The notes beneath the pieces were generated by a model. The model ran no database searches. It saw nothing but the letters and a program-made list of their open reading frames with translations, and had not been told where the DNA came from. A stretch of 64,000 nt of DNA from Stegostoma tigrinum (taxonomy: Eukaryota): contig NC_081360.1 in assembly GCF_030684315.1 (NCBI RefSeq), positions 36,749,818 through 36,813,817 on the forward strand, written 5' to 3'. A program made the translations under genes and the position numbers. Position 1 is the first letter of the stretch; each line of letters starts with the position of its first letter. This document shows positions 27,090 through 40,900 of this stretch, in pieces.

Positions 27090-27440
27090 CTACAGTTACC
27101 ATGAAATTGAGACTGTCGCCCAGAATAGTAAACTACATAGTTGCAGCACCTCTGTCTACGGATCGCGATGTTGTTGACTGACGCACCCGATCTCCTGTCT
27201 CCTCTCGTTTGTTCCTCACACGATCCACTGAGACAGAACGTCGTCTCCATGACAACCAACCGACTCACCGCGAACCTCTAAGACCAGACCAACCACCCGC
27301 TTCAGCTTCCGGTTTCAATTCCTCGCCTCGTCCAGTGGGCGGGGCCATTGGGCATCTGGTGGGACCTGGGTCCTGTAGGCGGGGCCTAGGCTGGCGGTGA
27401 GATCCAGTGAAAGGTGTTGGACGGTGGAAGGTAAACTGTC
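27090..27440. promoter_or_regulatory. CpG-rich putative bidirectional promoter (ANKAR <- / -> nucleotidyltransferase gene)
   Basis: Local CpG/GC enrichment; X-box GTCTCCATGACAAC 27243-27256; ETS CTTCCGG 27306-27312; GC boxes 27337-27344 and 27378-27384; ATTGG 27347-27351; minus-strand donor GTGAGT at 27268-27263 and plus-strand donor AAG|gtaaac at 27431. Confidence 0.65.
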
Positions 27441-28319
27441 TGTTTTGGGTTAAATTAAATTTAAATCGGTGATGTTGGAACCTGGAGACAGGCATAACTA
27501 AGCCCCGGGTACCGATTTCCAATTGGCGTCCTGTCGGTCTCGGTGCTAGTCCTTGGCTCCAGCCTGGCAGGGCCTCCCCCAGCCCCGTCTCCTTACTCAG
27601 CCTCCCTGCTGTTAAAGTCCCCTCCATGCATGTTATCAAGGCAGTCTGCCTTGTCCTCAAGCCTTTCTCCTGGGCAGCAATATCCGTTGCGGCCTCCTCG
27701 TGAGTTCTGCGCCGTCCCAAGTACTAGTCTACATCTGCCAATTTGATTAAGGCTTCGAAGCGATAACCAGAAATGGCCTAACGCTGTTGAAACTACCAAG
27801 GCTGCAGTTCTTAAATTTCTGCTCCAGAACCGGTGACAACCCAGGCAAACTTCTTCAGAGCCGCACACCGGTATCAGTCAAATTGCTAATGTATGACCTG
27901 CTTACAAAAAGCAACTTAAATCCAATTCGGCCAATTAGTGCCACCTCCAAACAGCTTTTTTTGTGAAAATACGTCTCTAGGCCTTTTGAAGTGCAGTCAC
28001 TTTTTAATGCGGGAAGTAAGGTAGCCAAAATGTGCACGAAAAGTTCCAACAAACTGCAATGTGCTTAATGTCTAAAAAGTCAGCGTTCCTGATACTAGTT
28101 GAGAGATTTTCTCCACAACACCTGTAGGAGTTCTTCAGGGTAGTTTTCTGGATCCAGCCATCTTCAGCTGTTTCATCATTGCCATTATCTTCATAATGAG
28201 GTCCATTTCCCCCTTTTTCCCTTTTAGCAGTTTGACCTGTTCCATGTGACTTTGAAGTAATGAGATGGAATCTTTAACATCCACCTGAAAGTGTAGCCAC
28301 CGTGTCAGTTTGGTACTCG

Positions 28320-28670
28320 ATGAGAACCGAAGGAACAGCGGATGCTGAAAACCAGAATCGAAAACAGAAATTGCAGGAAAGGCTCAGCAGGCCTGGCAGT
28401 ATCCGTGGAGAGAAATCAGAGTTAATGTTTCAGGTCCACTGCCCTTCCATTCTTGCAATCTCTCTTTTTGTTTCAGTTTTGTACTTATTTGAAAGGCAGC
28501 ACTTCTCATTGTATGGCATATATAGGATAACATTGTATATAAACATTATTTTTAATTGTATTGTTACACTATTCTATTCTGAAGAAGGGTCACCAAACTC
28601 GAAACATTAACTCTGCCTTCTCTCTATAAATGCTGCCAGACTCCTGGGTTTTACCAGCAATTTCTGATTT
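28320..28670. mobile_element. Older second family of inverted Penelope-type termini
   Basis: Inverted arms ~28325-28450 and ~28575-28670; hammerhead-like CTGAAGA...GAAACATTA 28579-28609; related copies at ~4590-4710, ~29410-29765, ~46330-46435. Confidence 0.55.
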
Positions 28671-28782
28671 TTTACTTTTCATTGTACCATGTTTGTTTCG
28701 TAATGTATTGATGTGTGAGCTTAATTTGTGTGCAATTGTTCTGGAGCAGAACTTGAACCGAGTATCTTCTGACTCAAATACC

Positions 28783-29115
28783 TAGTGGTATTATAACTGG
28801 AGTGTTAATCCAGAAACCAAGAAAACATTCAGGGTTCAAATCCCACCAAGACAGATGGTGGAATTTGAATTCAATTAAAAAAATCTGAAATTAGGAATTT
28901 AGTGATAACCATGTATTCGTTGCTGATTGTTGGACAAACCCATCTGTTTCACTAAAGGTCTTTAGGGAAGGAAACAGCCAATCTTACCTGGTCTGGGCCA
29001 CATGTGACTCCACACCCACAGCAATGTAGTTGACTTTCAACTGTCCTCTGGGCAACTGGGATGGGCAATAAATGTTACCTAAAAGCACCGCCCTCATCCC
29101 GTGAATGAATAAAGA
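28783..29115 (+). mobile_element. DeuSINE-like element
   Basis: ggttcaaatcccacc B-box, then atctgtttcactaa..tttagggaaggaaa..cttacctggtctgg core; related copies ~51720-52045 (-), ~61805-62080 (+), ~47845-47960. Confidence 0.6.
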
Positions 29116-30315
29116 AAAAAAAAATTCAAAACCAATGAAAGGTACTGACAAGAAGCATTTAATCAGCAACAATGTACTCACTGATGCTCAATTTGGCTTC
29201 TGTTAGGACTAATTTGTTCCAAGCCTAACTACAGTCTCGGCTCAAACATGGACTAAAGAACTGATGGCCAGACGTAAAGTGAGAGTGACTGCCTTTGACA
29301 TTAGGGTAGTGTTTATCTGAATAAGGTCTCAAGGAACCTAACAACATTGAAATTGTTGGGAATTGGTCCAAAACACTTCACTTATTGAAGTTATACATGA
29401 TACAAAGGAATAAAGCAAAGAATTGCAGATGTTGAAAATCTGAAACAAAAACAGAAATTGCTGGAGAAACCCAGCAGGTCTGGCAGCATCAGTGGAGAGA
29501 AAGCAGGGTTAACATTTAGAGTTGAGTGACACTTCTTCAGAACTGGTAATAGTTAGGAAGAGGTGGTCTATATACTGAAGGCAGGGTGGGGGAAGGAGTA
29601 AACGGATAGGCAGAGATGAAGCCCAGAGACAGAACGACTGTTGGATGTCAAAAGGATGGATCAGCATTACCAGAGAGAAAGCATACCACGGAAGGAGGTT
29701 GTCAAGTTCTGAAACACGGTATTGAGTCTGGAAGGCTACAAGGTCCCCAAGTGGAAAATGAGATGAGATAAGCTTTCAAGAAAGGAATTTGGTTATGGTT
29801 GGAGGGTGTCGAACCTGTCGCCCTCTGCAGAATTTCATCAGAGTAGTTTTCTGGATCCAGCCATCTTCAGCTGTTTCATCATTGCCATTATTTCCATAAT
29901 GATGTCCATTTTCCCCTTCTTTTCCCTGTTAGCAGTTTGTCCTGTTCCGTGTGACTTTTGATTAATCTTACAAACATATTTTATTTCAGCATAAAGGCTA
30001 GTCGAAATAGTGAACCCGTACCTGGGTTTGTGCAGAAGATCTGAAGATAGAAATAAAATACTTAAGCATCTTCCATACTGCTTCCTAAAGGATTTTTAAA
30101 AAAACAGTAGAACAGTGAAAAGCACCAAAATATGGAATTATTGCAACAGCGAGATAGAAAACGGCCTGGAACTAAACTGAGTATTTCATGATTTTAAATA
30201 GTGTTGGTGGGTTGTTCTACTCACTAACCAATGTTGAGCAATGCAAGCTGAAGCAACGACATCGGCTAAAGTATGGAACTGACATAAAATCAGTGTTGTA
30301 TGTTGATTGATTTAA

Positions 30316-30377
30316 CAATATGTCTGGTCTGCATATTTTAAGCAGCCAACAAGTTAGTGCACTAAGCCTTTTAGCAT
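30316..30377 (+). repeat. 62-bp motif, copy 1 (copy 2 at 35913-35974)
   Basis: 57/62 identity by eye between the two copies. Confidence 0.8.
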
Positions 30378-31776
30378 GATGCCATCTGGCACACCTTGTG
30401 CTAGAAGTATGAATGCAGTCCTTGGATAACATTTTTGATTCCAAATAGAACTCAAAGCAACCTAAAAATGGCCATTACCTTGCTTAATTTTTCACCCAAA
30501 TATTTTAAAGTTATTTTGATAATTAGTTTCAAGAAGTCACCAGGTTGCGGATTCTATCAGCAAATGCTTCAGGATGGTCTGTTGATATATTTTTTGCAGT
30601 GACTAATACTTTTTTGCTCAAGCCTCTTACGTAAATGTTCGTATGTTTTTACTGTTGATAAACTACAGTAAACGTTGTGCCATCTGACACTCTACCAACC
30701 AAAATTCTCTAGTAAACAGAATTTCTGACAGCTCAATTTTCTTTTCATAAACTGGTCACTTGCATTGTTCAGACTAAAAAAAACTAATAACAGAAATAGT
30801 GGATTGTAAATTGCAGAAGTTGTTCTTAAACTTTGCACTGAAATTAACAAAATGTTGAGTCAGTTTTGATTATTGAGCCTGAACAAAGGTATACTTAGCA
30901 ATTGACAGTCTGATGTTTTAAGTATCCAGTCTGAAAGTAGGGATGCAAGTTATGGTGTCATTCTAGTCTTCAGTTGTGGGGATTTTATTGTGCTGCCCTG
31001 TTGTCTGGAACATTTGCCTCGCATGGTGTTTCCCTTTTCCCTCAAAGATATTGGAACACCTTATATTGTGTCTGAAGTAATGTATTTCTGGTTAAACAGC
31101 ATTTTTGATTGACGGCCATCACTATCCATACCCCAAACATGCTGGGTAACAAATATTTTATATAGATTTTTAAAATTTCCCTGATGAAATCCAAGTCCCC
31201 AGTAAGGTTAAGCAATTTGTGTGATATGGAAAATATTCTCATGCCAGTCTAATTAGCAGTTTTGTATTGGAATACATTTATTTATGAAAAATCCAATTAT
31301 TGATTTTTTAACTATTTTAGAAATAACTATATAATCTTTAATTTATTCTTTAATGGGATGTGGGCATTGCTGGATAGACCAACAGTTAATGCTCATCACT
31401 AATTTCCCTCGAGAATCTGGGGGTGAGTCAGTTTCTTGAGCTGCTGTATTTTATTTGGTGTAGGTACCATCCACAGTGTTCATGACTTGTGTGTCCCTTC
31501 AGAGATACTCCAGGGCTAGCTTGTATGATGACTGAATCATGGAATGCAATGTGAATCAAGAGGTCAGTAACACATTGGAAAATTAATTTTCCAGTTAAAT
31601 AGAAGAAAACAGAAAATGGATTACAATGTGTCCAATAACAGTAACGTAAAGTAGGCTCCTGGGGTACTCCATAAATAGGAAGAATCCATATGTATTGTTT
31701 AATGTGTTGACATCATCACGTAATAGTTAAGCTTTATCTGAAACATTTCTCTAGCAGGGCAGATTGCACAGAAAAC

Positions 31777-31968
31777 ATGAAGGCTGTTATCCTGGCTGCT
31801 GGCTATGGTACCAGATTGAACCGTGACCTACAGAATGATAGCAGTGGTTGTTTCAAGCATCTCTGTGGCATTCCCAAACCCCTTCTACCAGTAGGAAATA
31901 AGGCACTTATCAGTCATTGGATGGCAGCATTGGACAAGATTGACAGCATTGATGAAGTTTATGTTATT
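31777..31968 (+). CDS. Nucleotidyltransferase coding exon 1
   Basis: ATG in aaaacATGA context, acceptor ctctagcag just upstream, donor ATT|gtatgt; GxGTRL...PKPL signature. Confidence 0.9.
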
Positions 31969-34900
31969 GTATGTTTACATCTTTTAATCTTTCTTTTTGA
32001 AAATGCACAGCTTTAATTGTGTTAAGTGCTTTCAGCTACAGTTATGAACTGGATTTGATTATCTAGGGCATAATTTCAAAGTTTGCAGATAACACAAAAC
32101 TTGAAAATGTGAAAATGAATCTAATAGATTTCAGTAAGACATACAGTACACTTGTGGAACTGAATTCAGAAGAATATAACATGTTTCAACTTATTAACAA
32201 AAATTAGAAAAGGTAATAGACTTTGGTGCTTCTGTTCTATAGTGGTATTGAAATACCGCACTAGAATTAGAGATTTTGATTGAACAACTTAAGATTTTAT
32301 TAATGATCTTTGACACGATTGAAATTGTAAATCCATGCGACATTCAAAATGATTTTGAATTTAAAGATGCATAGGATAGGTGAGGAAAAAGAAATTAACC
32401 AAATTTTCCTTGTGGTTTGTGTATACCAAATGCTAATATCAACACTGATTTATTTTGTGGTAAAGATAGACATTTTTTCTCATTCACCAGTGCATCAAAA
32501 CAGAAAGCAAATAAACAGGAAAATGTTGGTGTGGGAGGAACAGAATGAAACTTCAACTTGTGTGATTGTGGCCTATTTTATAGATTATAGAACATTACAG
32601 CACAGTACAGGCTCTTCGGCCCTCGATGCTGTGCCGACCTGTCAAACCGATCTCAAGCCCATCTAACCTACACTATTCCTTGTACGTCCATATGCTTGTC
32701 CAATGACGACTTAAATGTACCTAAAGTTGGCGAATCTACTACCATTGCAGGCAAAGCGTTCCATTCCCTTACTACTCTCTGAGTAAAGAAACTACCTCTG
32801 ACATTTCTCCTATATCTTTCACCCCTCAATTTAAAGCTATGCCCCCTCGTGCTCGCCGTCACCATCCTAAGAAAAAGGCTCTCCCCATCCACCCTATCTA
32901 ACCCTCTGATTATTTTATATGTTTCCATTAAGTCACCTCTCAACCTTCTTCTCTCTAATGAAAACAGCCTCAAGTCCCTCAGCCTTTCCTCGTAAGACCT
33001 TCCCTCCATACCAGGCAACATCCTAGTAAATCTCGTCTGCACCCTTTCCAAAGCTTCCACATCCATCTTATAATGCGGTGACCAGAACTGTACACAATAC
33101 TGCAAGTGCGGCTGCACCAGAGTTTTGTACAGCTTCACCATAACCTCTTGGTTCCGGAACTCGATCCCTCTCTTAATAAAAGCTAAAACACTGTATGCCT
33201 TCTTAACAGCCCTGTCAACCTGGGTGGCAACTTTCAAGGATCTGTGTACATGGACACCGAGATCTCTCTGCTCATCTACACTGCTAAGAATCTTACCATT
33301 AGACCTGTATTTTGCCTTCCGGTTACTCCTACCAAAGTGCATCACCTCAAACTTGTCTGCATTAAACTCCATTTGCCCCCTCTCAGCCCAGCTCTGCAGC
33401 TTATCTATGTTTCTCTGCAACCTACAGCATCCTTCATCACTATCCACAACTCCACCGACCTTAGTGTCGTCTGCAAATTTACTAACCCATCCTTCTACGC
33501 CCTCATCCAGGTCATTTATAAAAATGACCATCAGCAGTGGACCCAACACCGACCCTTGCGGTACACCACTAGTAACTGGTCTCCAGGATGAACATTTCCC
33601 ATCAACTACCACCCTCTGTCTTCTTTCAGCAAGCCAATTTCCGATCCAAACTGCTATATCTCCCACAATTCCATTCCTCCGCATTTTGTACAATAGCCTA
33701 TTGTGGGGAACCTTATTGAACGCCTTGCTGAAATCCATGTACACCACATCAACCGGTTTACACTCATCTACCTGTTTGGTCACCTTCTCAAAGAACTCAA
33801 TAAGGTTTGTGAGGCAGGACATTCCCTTCACAAAACCATGCTGACTATCCCTAATCAATTTATTCTTTCCTAGATGATTATAAATCCTATCCCTTATAAC
33901 CTTTTCCAACACTTTACCAACAACTGAGATAAGGCTCACTGGTCTATAATTACCAGGGTTGTCTCTACTCCCCTTCTTGGACAGGTGAACCACATTTGCT
34001 ATCCTCCAATCATCTGGCACTATTCCTGTAGACAATGACGAGTTAAAGATCAATGCCAAAGGCTCGGCACTCTCCTCCCTGGCTTCCCAGAGGATCCGAG
34101 GATAAATCCCATCCGGCCCAGGGGACTTATCTATCTTCACCCTCTGAAGGATTTCTAATACCTCTTCCTTGTGAACCTCAATCCCGCCTAGTCTAGTAGC
34201 CTGTACCTCAGTATTCTCCTCGACAACATTGTCGTTTTCTAGAGTGAATACTGCTGAAAAATATTCATTTAGCGCTTCCCCTATCTCATCTGACTTCACA
34301 CACAACTTACCACACTTTTGTCTTCTTTGCAAAAGAAAGTAAAATTTAAAACTGATCTTTAAAACACATAATGAGCAGACACTACAATGGTATCATTCTC
34401 TTGGTTATTGTTAGTAATTGCTAACTAATAATAATCTTTGCAGACAAATGATCTTTATTATGTGAAATTTGAAGAATGGGCAAAGGAGTTTCAACTAGTT
34501 AAAGTTCTAAATGATGGAACAAAAAACAATGAAGTAAGTGATAGAACTTCAATAGTCTCGATATATAATATATAAAGACGAACATTTTCAGTAATGTTAG
34601 ATCATTAGTAAGAATTACGTTTAACTTTCAGACAAAGTTAAATTTCAGCTGATTAAGATTTTTGTTTAATTGCATTGTAAAAGTTCAGTCCATTTGTTAG
34701 GAAATGTGAATACAGAATATAAGCAATGATTGAAGTAAGATTCTTTACTATAAAAGGTCTTGACTGCACTTCATTTTAGTTTCCAGACCTGGTCCGTACA
34801 AATATACAGGTAACACCTTGGTAGAACTTAACAAAATTGTAACAGTTTATAACTTGATTTGAAAATAACAAACTGAGATTGAATTGTAGATCATTGATTC

Positions 34901-37900
34901 TGCCTTGAAATGCACTTGTATATTCTATTATTACTTTAAGTTTTATTTTCCGATTTGTAATTCTGTCCTATGGTGTGGTTTAGTGTTATTTCTGAAATAA
35001 CTGAATGTGGTAGTTTCAAGCATATCAGCTAAAGGAGGAGCTTATTTTATTGGTATTAAATCAGTAATGGAGACGAGGGTTTCTTGCAATAGTTGCATTT
35101 AACAGCTGTAAATTTTAAATTAAGAATAATTTAAAAGGAATTTAGCTAGACCTCAACCAAAATTATTGTGCAGGGAAGCTTTTCTCAAAGTCTCACTGTG
35201 GAAATTTATTAATTTTTTTTATTAAATGCATTCAAAACTTGGAGAATAAAACAATTTATATTTTGCAGGCTTGAGTTATTTAAAATAAAGTGAAAGCTGT
35301 AATTCAATGTTCTGAACAGTTTCAAAAATTACTTCTCCCCACAGGAACGGTTGGGTGCCATAGCTTGTCTTCAACTTGCCATTACTCAGTTTAACATTAA
35401 TGATCATGTATTGATCCTAGGAGGGTAAGTAATCATGTAAATAGACAGTAAAGGCTAAACAAAATAGTGGTAATAAATGCGTAATATATACAGTATATAT
35501 GTATAGTAAGGTAAAAACAAGTTGTAAATAGAAAGGATATTCAATTTTAAAATAAATATTTCAATATGTTTCTCTATAGCTCATGCAATAATGAGCATTG
35601 ACCTGTAATATTGATTCAAATGAAAGAAAAGAACAATTCATCAGGCTGCAATTTTATATTGTTGCTTCCTTGTTTATCCTTTAAGGAACCTGTCTAGTCT
35701 TTATCCCTATATCCACTATGTGTTTAGCTAAATTGGCATCCCATAAACTGCTATTCATAATCACGTCTATCTGTCATTTTCATTTTAATTTCTTTTTATT
35801 CTTCTCATTATCTTTTGTGTCACAATCAATGGTTAGTATGTCATTTCAAGTATCTTTGCTTGGCCGTAGGATTAATTTTAGTTACCTTATTCTTCCACTA
35901 AGGTGGAGAAAGCAATATGTCTGTTCTGCATATTTTAAGCAGCCAACAAGTTAGTGCCCTAAGCCCTACAGCATATAATTCTCCTTTTTCCAAACCCACT
36001 ATTTTATTTTACTTTTCCAGATTTTGTTTCACATTTAATCATACAAATCTTCAAAGCTGCAAAGTGTTTTTCCAAGGTTTGCTAATTCTGCCACATTTGC
36101 CAGTAATCTGAATTACAGCATTGAAATGCCAAAAAGAGAGTCATACAGCATGAAAACAGACCCCTTTGGCCCAACTCATCCATGCTGACCAAATTTCCTA
36201 AACTGAACTAGCCCTATTTGCCTGCTTTGGCCCATATTCCTCTGGACCTTTCCTGTCCACGTACCTCTCCATATGTTTTTTAAAAGTTGTAATTGTACCC
36301 ACCTCTACCAATTTCTCTGGTAGTTCATTCCATATATGCACCACCCACTGCGGGAAAATATTGCCCCACAGCTGCCTTTTAATTCTTTCACTCTCTCGTC
36401 ACTGTACCCACCAGTTTTGGATTCCCCTACCGTTGGGGAAAAGGCCTTGGCTATTTTCATTATCTATGCCCCTCATGATTTTATAAACCTCTATAAGGTC
36501 ACTTCTTGGTCTCTTATATTCTAGGGAAAAAAAAGGTCCCAGCCTTTCCAGCTTCTCCTTATAACTTGAACCTTCCAGTTTCAGTAACGTCCTTTTAAAT
36601 CTTGTTGCACCCTTTCCACTTCATTAACATCCTTCCTATAGCAGGATGACCAGAATTGTGTGCAGTATCCCAAATATAGCCTTACCAATGTCTTGTACAG
36701 CTGTTACATGATGTCTCAACTCCTATACTCCATTCTCTGACAAAGGCAAGCGTGTCAAACATCACCTTCACCACCCTGCCTATCTGTGATGCTACTTCCA
36801 AGGTACTATGTACTTGCACCCCTCGGTATCTCTGTTTGACAACACTCCACAGGGCCTTACCATTAATTATAAGAACTACCCTCTTTGACTTAGCAAAATG
36901 CAATACCTCGCTTTTGTCTGAATTAAACCACGGCTGTCATTCTTCGACGACTGGACCAGTCGATCAAGATCCAATTACTCCTTAGATTCTTCTTCACCGC
37001 TTACTAAACCACCAATTTTGGTGTCATCCATAAATGTACTAACCAGGCCACCTATATTCTCGTTCAAATCATCTATATAAATGATGAACAACAGTGGAAC
37101 CAGCACTGATTCTTGTGGTGTGCTGCTGGTCATAGGCCTCCAGTGTGAACAACTCTGTCCCACCATGCTCTGTCTTCTACCCTCAAGCCAATTTTGTGTA
37201 CAATTGGCTAATTCTCCCTGGATTCTGTGATCTCACCTTACTAACCAGTCGACAATGTGGAAACTTGTAAAAAGCCTTGCTTAAGTCTTTGTAGATAATA
37301 TCTTCTGCTCTGACCTCATCAATCTTTTTGATTATGTCCTCAAAAAAACTCATTCAAGTTTGAGAGATGTGATTTCCCATGCACAAAGCCATGCTGAATA
37401 TCCCTAATCACTCCTTGCTTCTCGAAATGCAAGTAGATCCTGTCTCTTAGAATCCCCTACAACAACTTATCTGCTACTGATGACTCCTGTAGTTTATACT
37501 CTATTTCTTCCAGAGCAAGGAAAAACCTTAAAATTTCCTTTTAGGCGTGCTTGTGAATGTCAGGGATGAATTGAAATTTCCACTGGTCAGTGAATTGACA
37601 ACAAGGAGCTTGAAATTAGGATTATTTTTTAAAAAATCATTAGAGTGATTAAAAGAATTGTTCTCATGGAAAAGCATAATTCTAATGTGAATTGTTTTAT
37701 CATTGATTATTGCAGAAAAAATGTTAAAGACTAAAACATTAAGACATGTAAGGTGTGATTAGTCTGATTAGCACGCAAAACAGTACTTTACTCTGTACAT
37801 GTGACAACAATAAATCAAATCAAATCAAAAAAGTAGAAAGTGCAAGATAAGCTAGTTTCAAATTGGATGGTAAGTTTTGCAGAATGACCACTTGCATTGA

Positions 37901-40900
37901 AATATCTATAACTCTCAGGAGGATAAATCATTTATAAAGATTTCTTAAGTTGCAGTTCTATTACTTTTAACATTGAAGCCGCTTGGGATATTGTTCTGAG
38001 GCGCAGCCAAAAAATGAAACCATGCACAGGAAATATTTGGGTGATGGCAGAAACTTAGTCAAAGAGAGAGGCTTTGACGGTGGTCTTAAAGGTAGACAGG
38101 GAACTGGAACGGCAGAGATAAAGAGACCAAAGGTTTAATTGGGCTGTATTCCAAAGCATGGGGCTAAAGCTAGTGCTACTAACGATGGGGCATGCATAAA
38201 ATACCAGAGTTAGAGCGTTGGGAGTAGGGAGTTGTAGAGATGGACCAGATTTCAGATATAGGAAAGAGAGGCTGAGGGAGAATTAAATGTGGATATGTGT
38301 ATTTTTGATTGGAGAGCAAAAAGTGTCCAGGATCCAACGTGGGTCAGTAGGGATTTGGGTGATGAATTAGATTTGCTTAGTTAGGCGACAGGATGTGTAA
38401 TTTAGAATGAACTGAAATTTTATGCAAGATGGAAAATGGGAAAAGTTGTAGTAATTGAGAGTGGAGGTGATAAATATGATAAATTTAGTTTACTTTGTTG
38501 AAGTTCTAATACTGTCTTGTATGTTTTGATTACTACTTTGACAATGCTTTTTTTTTCAGTGACACTTTATTCTATGAAGACTTCAGCCTATCTGTTGTTC
38601 TTGCACGATTTGCTGAATTGCAGAGTACTAATTGCGACAGCAATTTGGTTCTGTCTTACTTTTGCAAAGATGAAGGTCAATCCATAATTTATTACAAAGT
38701 TATTTTATTTACTGAACTGATTTTTGGGTAAAATAATCTACCATAGCTTTTCCCCTCAGCAGAAACGACAAAGTTTGGCATTTTAGAAACTGATGAAAAC
38801 TTCCAAGTAACTGCATTTAAAGAGAAACCCCGCTCAACTGAAACAACATCTCGCAGAGCTGTAAGATTTTTACCTTAGCTTTGTCTTTTTTTTGACCACA
38901 CATTATATACAGTTATAAAATGTCTTCAAAAGCATCATTTATACTAAAGCATAATCTTGTTGTACTGAGGTAACTTTTTCCAATATTTGATTTATTATGG
39001 GCAGTCTATTTAACATTGTAAATACAAATTGTACTAGGAAATAGTAATCTAAATTACGAATTCAATTTGCACTTAATCTTCTGTCTTCCAGTGCCCATGC
39101 TTCTATATATATTCAAAAAACACAATACCTTTGATTGCAAAATTTCTTCAAGAGAAACAGGTAAGTATTAAGCTAAACTTCGCTAAAAATAAAACCTTGA
39201 TCAGTTCATTAGAAATTACTACAATGGGACCAGGAGTAGAAACATCAGGATGTGTCATTTAACACGTTGATATAAAATTGTATCAAGGTCCATTTAATTA
39301 CTAATGGATAATTTAAATATTTTATGCAACGTATAATTTTCTACAAGTACTTAATCCTACAAAAGAGGCAAGAGGATGATGGATTGATTATGTATGTATT
39401 TGATCAATATTTTGTATTTAAATGTCGTGCTTTAATTTGGAATTCTAAGTGTGGATGTTTTCTGATATAGAAACAGAACTTTATACAGCATTTTTCAAAA
39501 AGCATGCTTCAGGTGCTTCACAGATTATTTCAATTGTATTAATTTAGTCATTCTTGTAATGTGAGCAAGTTAAATGATGCTGTATTTATACTCTTGGAAC
39601 AAATGCCTGGCAAAGTGCTTGTAGATCTAATACATTCGACAACTGCACTTTTTTTTGTTTGTTTGTTTGTTCATTGTCACTATAATCTATCTACTTCTCT
39701 GGTTTTCTTCAGACACCCTCAGGCCATGTCTCACTGTTAAGCATTCATCTGATTTTTGTTCTTCACTTTCTGTTTTTACCCTTAATTTCTCCTTTAGTTA
39801 TTGCTAGGACCAGGCTGTCAGGTCTATGATTCCAATGACTGGGCTTAGCTATCTCTCTCGATCAGTACTTAGCAACATGTAGATTTCTAGACTTGTGCTT
39901 TTGATCACATCTGCCCATGTGTCCTTTTGTCCATCCAGGTTATTCTGAGCATTCTGCACTGTACCCACATTTCAAAACCTCGTTTACAATCGAACCTCCT
40001 ATATCAATTGAGTGCAGCATTCCATGTTAATGATTGTACATGATATGAAGATTCAAGCTAATGCTTTTGAACTGACAAGCAGTACTTAAGTCATGCTTTC
40101 TCTGTAGCTCAACTAACCTGGATTTTATTTTTTGATGTAACTTTGGTATTTTATCTTCGAGCCAAGATGCTTCAAATTGTCCAATGTCACTGTCTAAGCG
40201 CTTATAATCTTGACTTTTCCATTGTCATTTAGAGCCATAATGCTTGGTTATTGCCTCATGTATGCTAAGGTCAAGAGACTTTAAGGCTGAATTTTACTAT
40301 TTGCAACTATAATAGGGTGAGCGAGTTTCATGGTATCCTGATGCCGTTACGCAGGTCGCGGTTTCTCTGCAATCTCCTCATTTTCACTTCATTATTTATG
40401 CAAGTGAGATGTTGGGTGCATTTCTCAATCTTGTGGTGAGAGCCAGCAGTTTCTACATCTCTGGCATCGTATGTAAAGCCTAGCTGCACACTGTTTCAGA
40501 CACGGCAAGCCAGTGACATTGTGTTGCTTGATCCTGAACATTGAAAAATGTCTCAGAAGAAAAGCTAGCTTGACTGCTGTTTCAGAACACACATCTGGGA
40601 CACTGGTACCAGATTAAATAAGAAGGCCGACGAAGGACCACCATAAGAGGCCACATTACTAGACATGGCCTTCCCTGACTCACTTGCAGCATGGATCAAC
40701 GACCGTAGATGCTCAGCAGTGCCACAAGAAGTCTTGCGCAGTCTTCCACACTAAGTGTTACACCGCACTTGAAGGTCCAGCATTCAGTCTAACTGCTATT
40801 CTCCAACCCTAAGTATGAGCAATAATGTCCACTTAAGTGCTGACACTTACCTCATCACCTCAAGCAAATTATAAACCATAAAATGCACATCTCTGTGTCA

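Noticed and set aside
27265-27720. 151-aa ORF over the CpG-rich region
   Set aside because: No recognisable motifs; expected by chance in GC-rich promoter DNA.
31777-32016. Bacterial contamination or recent horizontal transfer of an RmlA/GalU-like gene
   Set aside because: The gene has seven canonical spliceosomal introns containing vertebrate LINEs and sits between two vertebrate genes.
33125-33844. 239-aa plus-strand ORF
   Set aside because: Antisense shadow of the CR1 RT frame.
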